From the IMG/VR virus record IMGVR_UViG_3300027899_000001, positions 248,001 through 312,000 of that record: 64,000 nucleotides of DNA; one strand, given 5' to 3'. Made by a program: the position numbers and the translations under genes. The notes beneath the pieces were generated by a model. It saw only the letters and a program-made list of their open reading frames with translations, was not told where the DNA came from and searched no databases. Below are positions 1 to 9,934 of the stretch, piece after piece (the stretch's first letter is position 1; each line of letters starts with the position of its first letter).

Positions 1-653
1 CCGTATCCAGAAGCTGTTGCACTTTCTGATAATTTAGCTAAATGAAAAGTTCTAAATTCACTAAGATAAATTTTTAATGTAAAATATCTCATCATATCAG
101 GAAGAACCCATCTTTGATAAACATCATCCCAAGCAATTTTTTTATAAAGATTCATTAAATAACTCATTCTTCCATCTAATCCTTCAAGACATGTGATATT
201 TATTCTTTTATCATTAAGAATTCTTTGGCCTTTAGTAGGATCAACTTTTAACAATTCGTTAACACCATCAATTGATTGAAAATAATAAGGAAAATCATAT
301 TGTAAATTTTCAAATTTTAATATAAATTCTCTTAACATTTCAGCACGTGTTGGTTCATTAGCATTTTCTAAATACGAAACAGCAGAATAAGAATTTTCAG
401 GAGTAAAAGAGCTATAAACAGAATTTCCAGTAAATCCACCAATAGTTTTAAGTGTATCTGCAATAAAAAATAAAGGATGTGGCATTACATCATATAATGC
501 ACTGTTAGATGCACTATTATAATTTACATCTGATTGAGATCCGAATATTAATTTAAAAGAATAGTATGTTGGTTCATCAAAACGTTTTGATAAAGTATAT
601 TTTTCAGCTATCTTTGGAGATGCGCCTCTAAATTGATTATACATAGTTTTCAT
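1..653 (-). CDS. Putative virion structural protein, partial (3' end runs off the window start)
   Basis: Hand-translated open frame from ATG at 653 (MKTMYNQFRGASPKIAEK...WVLPDMMRYFTLKIYLSEFRTFH...) with no stop before position 1. Co-directional with the baseplate genes. Not in the ORF track. Confidence 0.55.
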   Translation of the reverse strand, partial: MKTMYNQFRGASPKIAEKYTLSKRFDEPTYYSFKLIFGSQSDVNYNSASNSALYDVMPHPLFFIADTLKTIGGFTGNSVYSSFTPENSYSAVSYLENANEPTRAEMLREFILKFENLQYDFPYYFQSIDGVNELLKVDPTKGQRILNDKRINITCLEGLDGRMSYLMNLYKKIAWDDVYQRWVLPDMMRYFTLKIYLSEFRTFHLAKLSESATASGY

Positions 654-661
654 ATCTTCTT

Positions 662-2365
662 CTAAATTTTTGTTTTATTAACTGCTTGCACGGGTAAAGG
701 TGGTGGCCATTCTCTTCTTGTTAAAATAAATTCTTGTGTAAAATTACTAAAACTAATTTCATCACTTTTGCTAGTACTACTCCATGATAAAACAAAACCT
801 TTAACAATGTACCATCCACTATAAAATCTATCTAACATATCATTAAACTCTGCGTCAGGATTTATTTTCATATTTTCAATAGAATCTACTTTAATTATAG
901 CCATAGGTAATTTATCTCCTCGTATTATATTAAAATTATTTCCATTAACTTCTACATGTACATTTAATTTATCAAGTTCTTTGTTATTAATTAAATTTTG
1001 AACTTTAGCAAGCTGATAACTCTTATGATGATTTCCTGTCCATTGTAAATTATCATTATCAGGATTACTAATAGTATATTGTACTCCTAACCAAGGATAT
1101 TTTTCATAAATATCTGTATAACTATAATTAGCACGTTTTAAATCTTTAGTATTAGTAGAAGCATCAAATTTAGCGCGGCCTCTTAATAAAATCATTTTAT
1201 TTGATTTATCTTCATCATATGTAGGTTCTACTGTTATTGCCCAATAATTTTTATTTTTTTCCGTTTTTGGATTTTCATATACATCTTTATTATGTTCAAA
1301 CATCTCACATGTCATTTTTGTTCCAATTTGAAATGTTATATTTGATGATTTATTTATTGGTCTCCAAGTTATAATATAAAAGGGCGTAGTTCTAAAACTT
1401 AAATAATTTGAAAAAACTTTTACCATTGGCCTAGTTTTTTCTTCTTCTGTATTAGCACCATAATTCCAGTTTTTATCAAAATTTGAAATTAACGCCGCAA
1501 CATCTACTTCTGATTCTGCTGACATTAATTGTTTATTAAGATTAATAAAATTTAGATTATAATACACGTCTATCCAACATGCGTAAAAAGATTTATTATC
1601 TCTCCATGCTCTTTCAATTAAATTATTAATAAAAATATCTCCTGCTATATTAGCTTTGAGCCAAATTTGTTTATCATTAGTATCATCTTCATTAGATGAA
1701 AATCCTAATTTATATCTTTTTGCAAAATCTTTAGCTGCTTCAAGTGTAGTTCCTTCAAAATGATAGTCATTTTTTTGACTTTTAAGTCCTGGAATAAATA
1801 ATTCTCCATAAAAAGACATTCTAATTAGTTCTTTTCTTTCAGTTGAAGTTGGTAATACATGTACTCCAGTAATAACATAATCATTGCGAATAATTTTTAA
1901 TGTATCTGTTTTATTACGTATAGCAACTGAAATTATATCTCCATCTTTTGGCATTTCTTTTGCTAAAAATAATTGACTTATAAATGCACAATCTAATGAA
2001 ATTTTGGGTAAAAATTCTGTACAATCAATTGAAAAATTTAATATCTCTTCTCTATTGAAAATATAATCATTAATTTTTATAAGAGGAAATTCCATAGATA
2101 TAACATCCTCTACTTTTTGTGTTTTTATATTTTTTTCTCCGGGCAATGATAATTCATCTAATTCAATTGTTTTAGGAAATACTGTTATAATTCTATTTAA
2201 CACTGTTGTTTGTTGTTCTTGAAGTTGCGTAGTTGTAGTAGATGTATTATTAACAGGCGGTATTATTACTCGTTGTACAGGAATATCCTTTGACGCGTTT
2301 GATTTAGTTACTGAATTAACAGCACTTGTAGGAACAGATGGTATACTCTGTATTATTTCAGCCAT
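662..2365 (-). CDS. Putative baseplate hub / tail structural protein
   Basis: 567 aa. The C-terminal 'RGDKLP...FYSGWYIVKG...QEFILTRREW' resembles hub (gp27/late-control D-like) ends. Adjacent to a gp53-like gene. Confidence 0.4.
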   Translation of the reverse strand: MAEIIQSIPSVPTSAVNSVTKSNASKDIPVQRVIIPPVNNTSTTTTQLQEQQTTVLNRIITVFPKTIELDELSLPGEKNIKTQKVEDVISMEFPLIKINDYIFNREEILNFSIDCTEFLPKISLDCAFISQLFLAKEMPKDGDIISVAIRNKTDTLKIIRNDYVITGVHVLPTSTERKELIRMSFYGELFIPGLKSQKNDYHFEGTTLEAAKDFAKRYKLGFSSNEDDTNDKQIWLKANIAGDIFINNLIERAWRDNKSFYACWIDVYYNLNFINLNKQLMSAESEVDVAALISNFDKNWNYGANTEEEKTRPMVKVFSNYLSFRTTPFYIITWRPINKSSNITFQIGTKMTCEMFEHNKDVYENPKTEKNKNYWAITVEPTYDEDKSNKMILLRGRAKFDASTNTKDLKRANYSYTDIYEKYPWLGVQYTISNPDNDNLQWTGNHHKSYQLAKVQNLINNKELDKLNVHVEVNGNNFNIIRGDKLPMAIIKVDSIENMKINPDAEFNDMLDRFYSGWYIVKGFVLSWSSTSKSDEISFSNFTQEFILTRREWPPPLPVQAVNKTKI

Positions 2366-2946
2366 TACGTATTTTTACTTTTTATTGCATTAATTAAAAA
2401 TTCACTAGTTGTCATTCCATTTTGTAAACATGTATCTGTGCCTGCTCCAAAATGTACTCTACCGTTTCTATATGTTATTTGAGTTTCTCCTTCTTCTGCA
2501 ATATTTGGTGGCAATGCGCCCTCAGGAGCACCACTTACAATTTGTCTATCTTGAAAATCATTATTTTGTTTTGGTATTTTTGTAGGATCTATATATTTAT
2601 AACTATCTCTTATAAGTTTAGCTCCATCAACTCCGGTACCTTGTTGAGAAGATATCATAGTCTTTACAGAATCTAAATTAGGAATTAAAATTAAATCATT
2701 TTCTGCTATAGAAAAAGGGTTTGAAATTCCGTTATATTTTAAAATAACTTCTGCATATAAAGTATTATTATAAACTGCTGCTGAAATTAAATCTGGTCTC
2801 ATTGCAAATTGTTTTGGAACTTTATAAATATTATACGCTACATAATTTTGAGATTTAAGATCAAACATAGATGCAGTTAAATCTTTAATTTCTATTCCAT
2901 CGGGTCTAGTAAATTTCGGTTTTGTGTCAAGACTATTTAAAAACAT
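2365..2946 (-). CDS. Baseplate wedge protein, T4 gp53-like / LysM-like
   Basis: 'RPDLISAAVYNNTLYAEVILKYNGISNPFSI...LILIP' matches the gp53/LysM-type wedge pattern. Confidence 0.65.
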   Translation of the reverse strand: MFLNSLDTKPKFTRPDGIEIKDLTASMFDLKSQNYVAYNIYKVPKQFAMRPDLISAAVYNNTLYAEVILKYNGISNPFSIAENDLILIPNLDSVKTMISSQQGTGVDGAKLIRDSYKYIDPTKIPKQNNDFQDRQIVSGAPEGALPPNIAEEGETQITYRNGRVHFGAGTDTCLQNGMTTSEFLINAIKSKNT

Positions 2947-2963
2947 AATTATATTTTATTATT

Positions 2964-5324
2964 TTATGAATGAGCTTTCTTAGCAATCCATTTAGAAGTT
3001 CGATAAGAACTTTTAAATAATTCATTTTGACTAAGAGTAGCATTAGAATTTTCTGATATACCTATTCTAAAAGCTTCTCTATTCCATACACTTACACTTC
3101 CTGCTAATACATTTGGGCGTGCTTCTAATTGACTTTTAGGAATATTACGGCTATCCATTCCTTGTTGATATAAAACACCCATTCTTCCTTTTGGCATACT
3201 TCCTATGTATCGTAATTCTCCTTTATCCTTTCCTGTAGCTGCATCAACTACTGTTTCATAATCAGAAGAACCTAATGAATCAGGAAGATTATATATTCTA
3301 CCCATACCACGATTAAACATAGATTCAATAGCATCTTTATCTCTAGCCATAGCATGTTTTAGACTAACTATTATTTTAATTTCTGTTGGAAAATCATCTG
3401 GCCCAAGTTCATCATTGAATTCAACTGTAACACCGTCACAAACTAAATTTCCTATCATTGCTATAGGATTTAAAGGATTACCAATAGTAATGTGCCATTC
3501 TCCTACAGGCTCTCCTGTTAAAATTGCTTTAAGACCACTTAAATAAGGAACTTGACCAGCAGTTCTATGTGCAAATGCATTTTTTATTAAATTTTCTCCA
3601 GCACCGGTAAATAATGAAGTAAATGCGCCGAATCCACTTCCTTTTTCTCCACTAAACAATTGACTAAAAACCATTTTAGCAGTTTTCCAAATACTATCAA
3701 ATGCTGCATTAGCTGTACCACTACCTCCATCTCCTGTAAATTTTTGAATAACACTTTTTGAGTATCCTAAAACATCACCTTTATAAAGCATATTTGATGA
3801 TCCTATTAATGGGTGAGCTGCGGGAGCTGCCATAAATCTATGAGCTCCCCCAAAGAATACAGCACTTGCAGATCCTATTACTAAGAAATTGGATAAAATA
3901 TCAAGCAAAACAGCTTTAGGATTAATTCCACCTACAGGTCTTGCAACGTATTCAAACGTAAGATTTAAAGTATCCATTTCAAATTTCATACCAGGTTTAC
4001 GTTTTGTTACTGCATCAATTCTATTTATAGGACCTTGTATTCTATTTTCAAATGGGCCATCTTTATATGGATCTGGCGGTAATTGTCCATCATTTTGTGC
4101 TACTGTTGGATCAAAATTTCCAGTAGCTACATCTAATAATTTAGCCATATTAGCCATTGCTGGAAAAATTTTACCCAATCCATCTGTACTACTAGGTACA
4201 GAATCAGCAGTAACTTCCCATATAGCTGCTTGAACAGGTTCCCATAAAACTCCCGTTGTAAATTTTAATAAATTATTTAAACTGTTTCCTGTATCGCCTC
4301 CTAAATAAGTTATTGCAGAAGCCATTGGTGCAAATTCTGTAGTTTCATCTGATGAAGTTCCTCTGTCTTCATTTATATCTGAACTAGTAGATCCATAATT
4401 TGCGCCGCCTTTCATTCCTGGAAATTTTAAATTATCTAATATCGGCGCAGGATATCTTCTAAGAGTAATTAATCTATTATTTGCAATTTTATTCCAATAT
4501 TTTGCAAAAACAAAATCTGTAAAATGATAAGGAGTTCTCCCATAAGGATCTCCATTTCCCCAATCTATTAATGCTGATGTAGTTGGTGTACTTGCATAAT
4601 TATATGCTTGTTGAGGAGAAGTATCAACTTCATACCATCTTCTTTCATTTTTTTGATTTATTAATTTTGATCCAGCGTTAGATCCATATAATCTTATAAG
4701 CGCATAAGTGTTTTGTAAAGCTGGAACACCGTAATAAAAATCATCTGCTTTAAGCTTATTATATAATGTGTCTCTTACTGTTAATAATTTATTTTTTGTA
4801 GCTTCATCAGGAAGAGTACGAATAGTTTCATTGCTCATAAGATATCCTGAACTTGTAACTTCTTTAAATTCTGAAGAAAATGGAGTATATAATTTAGCAT
4901 GTAATCCATCATTAGCCATTTGTTCTTCTATTCTATCTAATCTTCTATCAAAAGGACTAGGACCTACGTTATTTGTATAATTTATATCTGTATCATGAGA
5001 AGTTTCGATATTATCTAATCCTGGTTTAGCCGCTTCAATTCCTGCGCATCTCATTAATATTTGAGTATGTAAGCCTTCTACCCATACATAATTAGCAGCA
5101 TCATACATATGAGCATTTTCTGTTTTCTGAAAATTTTTATATACATATTGCCCGTGAATATTAAGATCTCCTGCTTTATCTAATGCAGTTTTATCTGCTA
5201 CATAAGTAGCTGCCACCGCATCTCTTATGCATGCATTATTTTGTGCTAAATCTAACCATCCCATCCATGCTTCGGCTTTTGCTCTCCATCTTTCGAATAT
5301 TTCTGCTGCAGTTTCCTTTGCCAT
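2964..5324 (-). CDS. Large virion structural protein, probably baseplate/tail-tube associated
   Basis: 786 aa. The C-terminal block 'WHITIGNPLNPIAMIGNLVC...FPTEIKIIVSLKHAMARD' looks like a tube-fold domain. Preceded by the late-promoter-like motif. Confidence 0.4.
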   Translation of the reverse strand: MAKETAAEIFERWRAKAEAWMGWLDLAQNNACIRDAVAATYVADKTALDKAGDLNIHGQYVYKNFQKTENAHMYDAANYVWVEGLHTQILMRCAGIEAAKPGLDNIETSHDTDINYTNNVGPSPFDRRLDRIEEQMANDGLHAKLYTPFSSEFKEVTSSGYLMSNETIRTLPDEATKNKLLTVRDTLYNKLKADDFYYGVPALQNTYALIRLYGSNAGSKLINQKNERRWYEVDTSPQQAYNYASTPTTSALIDWGNGDPYGRTPYHFTDFVFAKYWNKIANNRLITLRRYPAPILDNLKFPGMKGGANYGSTSSDINEDRGTSSDETTEFAPMASAITYLGGDTGNSLNNLLKFTTGVLWEPVQAAIWEVTADSVPSSTDGLGKIFPAMANMAKLLDVATGNFDPTVAQNDGQLPPDPYKDGPFENRIQGPINRIDAVTKRKPGMKFEMDTLNLTFEYVARPVGGINPKAVLLDILSNFLVIGSASAVFFGGAHRFMAAPAAHPLIGSSNMLYKGDVLGYSKSVIQKFTGDGGSGTANAAFDSIWKTAKMVFSQLFSGEKGSGFGAFTSLFTGAGENLIKNAFAHRTAGQVPYLSGLKAILTGEPVGEWHITIGNPLNPIAMIGNLVCDGVTVEFNDELGPDDFPTEIKIIVSLKHAMARDKDAIESMFNRGMGRIYNLPDSLGSSDYETVVDAATGKDKGELRYIGSMPKGRMGVLYQQGMDSRNIPKSQLEARPNVLAGSVSVWNREAFRIGISENSNATLSQNELFKSSYRTSKWIAKKAHS

Positions 5325-5339
5325 ATTAATTCTTTTTAA

Positions 5340-5350
5340 TTTATATATTC
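5340..5350 (-). promoter_or_regulatory. Putative late promoter motif GAATATATAAA
   Basis: Exact 11-mer 16 nt upstream of the ATG at 5324; recurs before other late-type genes. Confidence 0.55.
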
Positions 5351-5351
5351 A

Positions 5352-5382
5352 AACAAAAAACCTGATCGCATTGATCAGGTTT
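5352..5382 (-). terminator. Rho-independent terminator
   Basis: 10-bp stem AAACCTGATC/GATCAGGTTT, 5-nt loop, U-tract on the minus strand. Confidence 0.7.
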
Positions 5383-5407
5383 AAGATATAAAATTAAAAA
5401 CAAATTA

Positions 5408-5857
5408 TTATGTTTTAATTTCTTTATTTATTTTTTCTATAGTATTTATTATAGATCTACACTCAATGAGTCTAATTTTTTTAATTGATGGGAAAAATAC
5501 AATTTCATCAAAAACTGGATACAAATATTCTAATTTAGGAATATTATAATCATCTAATAAAACAACTTCATTTATAGTATCTATTTCTGCAATAGTTTCA
5601 AATAAATTATTTATAATATTTTCGTTTATTTCCGGATTTGAATATATTATGCCTCTTATTCGTTTAGATTTAGCATGCATTCGTATCAAATTAGTTATAT
5701 GATTACTTATAATAAACGACCCATAATTATCAATCATAGAATATGTATATCCAAATTGTTCTAATACTTCAGGAATATAAATTACTGAAAACAATTTTAA
5801 ATTAAGGAATGATCGTTTAAGTTTTGTAGTTCCTTCTATAGTTACGTAAAATTTCAA
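5408..5857 (-). CDS. Hypothetical protein
   Basis: 149 aa ORF, co-directional with neighbours. Confidence 0.6.
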   Translation of the reverse strand: MKFYVTIEGTTKLKRSFLNLKLFSVIYIPEVLEQFGYTYSMIDNYGSFIISNHITNLIRMHAKSKRIRGIIYSNPEINENIINNLFETIAEIDTINEVVLLDDYNIPKLEYLYPVFDEIVFFPSIKKIRLIECRSIINTIEKINKEIKT

Positions 5858-5874
5858 TCTTTTTTAATTTAAGT

Positions 5875-6159
5875 TTAACTTTGAAGATATTCTTTTCTTG
5901 CTTCTTCTAATGCATCCATTATTGGAATTTTTTTTCTTTTTGCAATATCTTCTGCTAATGAATGAATAATACTAGATTCTTTTTCTTCTAAAAATGCATT
6001 AGTTTGTTTTCTAATTTCTTCAGCAACTTCTTTTTCACGTTGTTTGCCTTGTATTATATTTTCTCGTATTAAATCAAATTTCTTTTCTCTTGGAAGTTTT
6101 TGTTGATATTGAATAATACCTAAATTGTGTGACATTTGACGTCTTTCTCTTCTATTCAT
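5875..6159 (-). CDS. Hypothetical charged/helical protein
   Basis: 94 aa ORF. Confidence 0.6.
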   Translation of the reverse strand: MNRRERRQMSHNLGIIQYQQKLPREKKFDLIRENIIQGKQREKEVAEEIRKQTNAFLEEKESSIIHSLAEDIAKRKKIPIMDALEEARKEYLQS

Positions 6160-6180
6160 AATTTTAATTTTTAATAAATA

Positions 6181-6738
6181 TTATTTTGAATATGTTTTAT
6201 TTTCCAAACTATTAATATAGAAATAATTAAATAATCTTAAGTAACCTGCAAGTAACAATGTATCATCAGATGTTATAACGTAACTAGAATCAATCATTTT
6301 AAATTGCGCCTTATTTTTTGTAGTTTCTATTTCTTCTGTTTCTTTTATACCTTTTGCAGTTAAATCTACACAATATAAATCTATAGGAGAATCTGAAGTT
6401 AAATTATTATAAAGACTGCCTAAATACATCCAATCATCTGCATTTGTAAGATTCATTCCTATAACTTCAAATAATACTCTATTTGCTGCAACTAAATTAG
6501 TGCCATCATCTTGAGAAATATATCCATTTATAAGAGTATAATCATAGTCTTCAAAAATATAATTATAATCTTTAACTACTCCTACTTTATCAAGTAAACC
6601 TTTAGAATCAATAGTATAAGGTAATACTGCAGCACGATGTTTCTTTGAGATTAAAAAGAAGTGTTCGTCTATAGAGACTACATCTTCAAATTTACCCTCA
6701 AGTACAGTTTTACGTTCTATTTTTTTGTTTTCCATCAT
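6181..6738 (-). CDS. Nudix-fold protein with a degenerate Nudix box
   Basis: 'GYISQDDGTNLVAANRVLFEVIG' has the spacing of Gx5Ex7REUxEExGU but lacks key Glu residues. Flanking 'AAVLPY' and 'WMYLG' are Nudix-like. Confidence 0.5.
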   Translation of the reverse strand: MMENKKIERKTVLEGKFEDVVSIDEHFFLISKKHRAAVLPYTIDSKGLLDKVGVVKDYNYIFEDYDYTLINGYISQDDGTNLVAANRVLFEVIGMNLTNADDWMYLGSLYNNLTSDSPIDLYCVDLTAKGIKETEEIETTKNKAQFKMIDSSYVITSDDTLLLAGYLRLFNYFYINSLENKTYSK

Positions 6739-6750
6739 AACTAATTATTT

Positions 6751-7449
6751 TTATACTTGTAGTATATTGCCATTTATACTATTAGATTGAGTTTCATACA
6801 TATCTGTTATAGCTGTTTTTAATGCATCTTTTATTTCTTTAACAGTTATATTTTGTATTATATATTCCACAAATTTTTTGTCGCCATCATCAAAGGATTC
6901 TTTAGCAATATTGTATAAATTTTTAGGTGGTAATGAAATAGTCAAATTCATAAAAATTTCGCTATCAACTTTTTTACTTTTTGACATTAAAATGTATATT
7001 GGATCTGAAGTATCTGCTGAGCTAGAGTTTTCAATTGTACGAAATTCAGGAGGAATAGGCGGAGGCGATATTGGATTTGATATATTTCCAAAATTAGAAG
7101 CTCGTGGTGCAGATTTTTTAGGAGGAGTTAATCTTATAATTTTTTTACCTGGAACAAATGGTTGAACACAAACTTTTTCTCCATCGGCATTAGTTTCCCA
7201 TACTTCTTCTTCTCTTCCAACCCATTCTTCTTTAAACTGCCAACAGTTATTAGGATGATCTATTTCTGCCATTAATTTTCCAGTAAGATCAGTTTTGTTT
7301 AATTCTGCAACAAAAGATTCATTTATTCTTGAGCTATCCTTAAAAACTATATACACATTTTCTTCATCTTGTTCAACTCTATCAAATATTTGTATTTGAC
7401 CTTTTTGATCTCCTGCAATCCATTGAAAATAACGTTTATCGTTGTTCAT
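6751..7449 (-). CDS. Hypothetical protein
   Basis: 232 aa ORF with a Pro-rich linker. Confidence 0.6.
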   Translation of the reverse strand: MNNDKRYFQWIAGDQKGQIQIFDRVEQDEENVYIVFKDSSRINESFVAELNKTDLTGKLMAEIDHPNNCWQFKEEWVGREEEVWETNADGEKVCVQPFVPGKKIIRLTPPKKSAPRASNFGNISNPISPPPIPPEFRTIENSSSADTSDPIYILMSKSKKVDSEIFMNLTISLPPKNLYNIAKESFDDGDKKFVEYIIQNITVKEIKDALKTAITDMYETQSNSINGNILQV

Positions 7450-7496
7450 TTTCTTTATTTTTAATTGTTACATTTTTTATGCGTTTTATTTGCATA

Positions 7497-7835
7497 TCAT
7501 ACAATGATGAATCTTGAGTATTGTTCTTGATATTCTCTAGACCAATCAGTAATGAATCCTTCGTCTTTCCACGAAATATAATCTTCCCGAAAATTTTCCA
7601 ACACATATTCAAAAAATTTTTTATAGTCACCTGAACTTAAATAATCTATTCTAGATACGGGAATTGTGAATGTATGTAAAGTTCCTCTAACTCTCCAATA
7701 ATAATGTAATATATCAGTTAAAGGATTTTTATCAAATATTCCATATTCTACATACAGCGGAGTTACCCATCCTTCGGGATTAATTTCAATAGTTTTTATG
7801 TTTATAAGTTCTGAAAAATCAAAATTATGTGGCAT
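7497..7835 (-). CDS. Hypothetical protein
   Basis: 112 aa ORF. Confidence 0.55.
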   Translation of the reverse strand: MPHNFDFSELINIKTIEINPEGWVTPLYVEYGIFDKNPLTDILHYYWRVRGTLHTFTIPVSRIDYLSSGDYKKFFEYVLENFREDYISWKDEGFITDWSREYQEQYSRFIIV

Positions 7836-7840
7836 AAATA

Positions 7841-8224
7841 TTATCCTTTAGGTTTTTCATCTGGTTTTTCATTTGGTTTTTTTGAACCTACTATAACAAC
7901 ATCTGTGCTATTATCATCTGGTTGAGGTTCTGGATCTACTACAACACTATCTTTAGAACCCACAAATTTTCTTAATCCTAATAAAGCACTTGCAAGAGAT
8001 AAAAGTATTATTATTTTACCCATTACCTCTATAACATCTGGTTTTTCTATGAACCATCCTACCATTGCTGCAATAAATGATGCTGCACCCACCAATACAA
8101 GTATTATTCCAGCAAATCCACTTCCTGAAGTTTTTCCAGTAGTATTATTAAATGTTTCTGAAAAAACAAATTTAGATTTATTATAACTTCCCATTCCCAT
8201 TATAAATAATTTTAAATTAAACAA
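7841..8224 (-). CDS. Membrane protein with two predicted TM helices
   Basis: Hydrophobic stretches 'FAGIILVLVGAASFIAAMVGWF' and 'IIILLSLASALLGL'. The true start may be a downstream Met. Confidence 0.55.
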   Translation of the reverse strand: MFNLKLFIMGMGSYNKSKFVFSETFNNTTGKTSGSGFAGIILVLVGAASFIAAMVGWFIEKPDVIEVMGKIIILLSLASALLGLRKFVGSKDSVVVDPEPQPDDNSTDVVIVGSKKPNEKPDEKPKG

Positions 8225-8304
8225 TAAAATTGTTTTATTTTATTTTATATATTATTGAGAATTTAAGAGTTTCACGGTAAGGATAATATCAAAAAATCAT
8301 AACG

Positions 8305-8342
8305 ATAACATCACTTATGTTATTATTAATAAGTGATGTTAT
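8305..8342. repeat. Perfect 14-bp inverted repeat with a 10-nt spacer
   Basis: ATAACATCACTTAT (8305-8318) / ATAAGTGATGTTAT (8329-8342), intergenic. Confidence 0.85.
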
Positions 8343-8357
8343 TTTATTCATGGTTAA

Positions 8358-8555
8358 TTACTTAATTATATCTGCAATATTTGTAGTATTAATTCCTACA
8401 ATTTCATAATCTTCAACTCCTAAATGTTTAGCAATTTTTGCTTCAACATCAGTAGGAGACATTGCAAATACAATATAAGAATCTTTCCTATATTTCAAGT
8501 TTCCTTTTTTGTCTTCAAAAGACATTTTTACTGTTGCTTTGTAATATTGGTTCAT
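8358..8555 (-). CDS. DUF4494-like small protein
   Basis: Pattern 'YYKATVK...G..K...SYIV.A.S.T..EAKI' resembles the Bacteroidota DUF4494 N-terminal unit as recalled. Confidence 0.5.
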   Translation of the reverse strand: MNQYYKATVKMSFEDKKGNLKYRKDSYIVFAMSPTDVEAKIAKHLGVEDYEIVGINTTNIADIIK

Positions 8556-8567
8556 GTTTTTAATTAT

Positions 8568-8903
8568 TTAAGTTATTTTTAAATTACTAGTTGGTGGCAT
8601 TCTTTTTTCATTTGGTTCTTGAAGTTTAAATTCTTCTTGTTTTTCAGCCAATACTGATTCTGGTAATACTCCTTGTGGATTTAATTCATTAGGAACTTTT
8701 CCACATTTTTGACAAATTATAACTTCTAAAGGATATAATTCTTCGTTTCCAGATGGAGCAATAAGAGCAGATACTTTTTTAAATACTATGCCCGGTTTAA
8801 ATAATTGTCCCCCACAATCACAGGTCAGAGTTTTAAAAGCTTTCATCATATCAGGCGTAAGTTTAATCTGAGCTGATGGGGGTTTTTGATTTGATGTGTC
8901 CAT
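8568..8903 (-). CDS. Zn-ribbon hypothetical protein
   Basis: CDC...CQKC cysteine pairs. Confidence 0.55.
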   Translation of the reverse strand: MDTSNQKPPSAQIKLTPDMMKAFKTLTCDCGGQLFKPGIVFKKVSALIAPSGNEELYPLEVIICQKCGKVPNELNPQGVLPESVLAEKQEEFKLQEPNEKRMPPTSNLKIT

Positions 8904-8918
8904 TTTTATAATTTAATT

Positions 8919-9290
8919 TTAATTTTCTTGAACAGGATAAGAATTTCTATTTTCCATTTCTTTAATTACTTTTACGTATGATTTTTCTTCAGTATCAGGA
9001 GTATATAATTTAACAAGTTTAACGGGTTTTGACATCGCAAATGCCATACCTAAATCGAAGTGAGATCCTTTACTATTTACATCCCAGAAAATATCAACTC
9101 TATCAGCTTGTTGCATAAATTCCATATGTTTTCTACAAATAAAATAGCCAGTTGGATCAGTTTGATCGACAGCGTATTTGGGATTATGAACAGTATGGCC
9201 TTCTCCTTTTAATAATTCAACATAAGTATCTATTTCTTGTTGTTGATCATCTGTTACACCTCTTACGGGACAAATTAAATGTATTTTCAT
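8919..9290 (-). CDS. Nucleoside 2-deoxyribosyltransferase / N-glycosidase-like protein (NDT/Rcl/MilB fold)
   Basis: 'IHLICPVRG', 'MQQADRV', 'SKGSHFDLGMAFAMSKPV' motifs. Confidence 0.6.
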   Translation of the reverse strand: MKIHLICPVRGVTDDQQQEIDTYVELLKGEGHTVHNPKYAVDQTDPTGYFICRKHMEFMQQADRVDIFWDVNSKGSHFDLGMAFAMSKPVKLVKLYTPDTEEKSYVKVIKEMENRNSYPVQEN

Positions 9291-9934
9291 AAGTTTTGTT
9301 TTTTAAGTTTCCAATATTTTTTTAATCCTTCTGTTATTTTTAATCTTGATTCTAATGATACTGTTTTATTTTTATTTCCTATACTTATTTTTTGTCTAGT
9401 TTCTATTGAAGAACTTTTCCCTTTATACCCTGAATTTTTTCCTTTTCTTTTTTTACTCATTTTTTCTTTTGTTTCAATAGATGCTATTTTACCAATATGT
9501 GATTTACTATTTTTAATTTTGTGTTCTTCTGTATGAGGTTTTTGCATTTTTTCTATTACTTCTATTCTTTTCATTGCTAATTTTGTTTTTTCGCTTATAT
9601 TTTTTCGTTGTTCTTCAGTCATGGGTATACTTTTAATTTTTTCAATAGCATATTCATAATCTTTTGCTGATATATTATATTTCAGTTTTTTACTAGATGC
9701 CATTCTAAGAAAGGCGTATGCAATTTTTCGATTTTCATTATAAATATATGTTAATAATTTATGACAAATAAAGTGTTCTTTAGCTGTTAATAAAACTTTA
9801 TTTTCTTCATTATCATTACCCCCTAAACATTTTGGTAATATATGATGATTTTCATAATATACACTTGTTTCTTTTAATCTATTTTCTGATTTTGAATTTT
9901 GAATTATAGATTTATATATTTTTTGATAATTCAT
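9287..9934 (-). mobile_element. Free-standing HNH homing endonuclease with NUMOD3-like repeats
   Basis: 'YYENHHILPKCLGG.DN.EN.V.LTAKEHF.CH.LL' followed by basic repeats. Confidence 0.8.
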
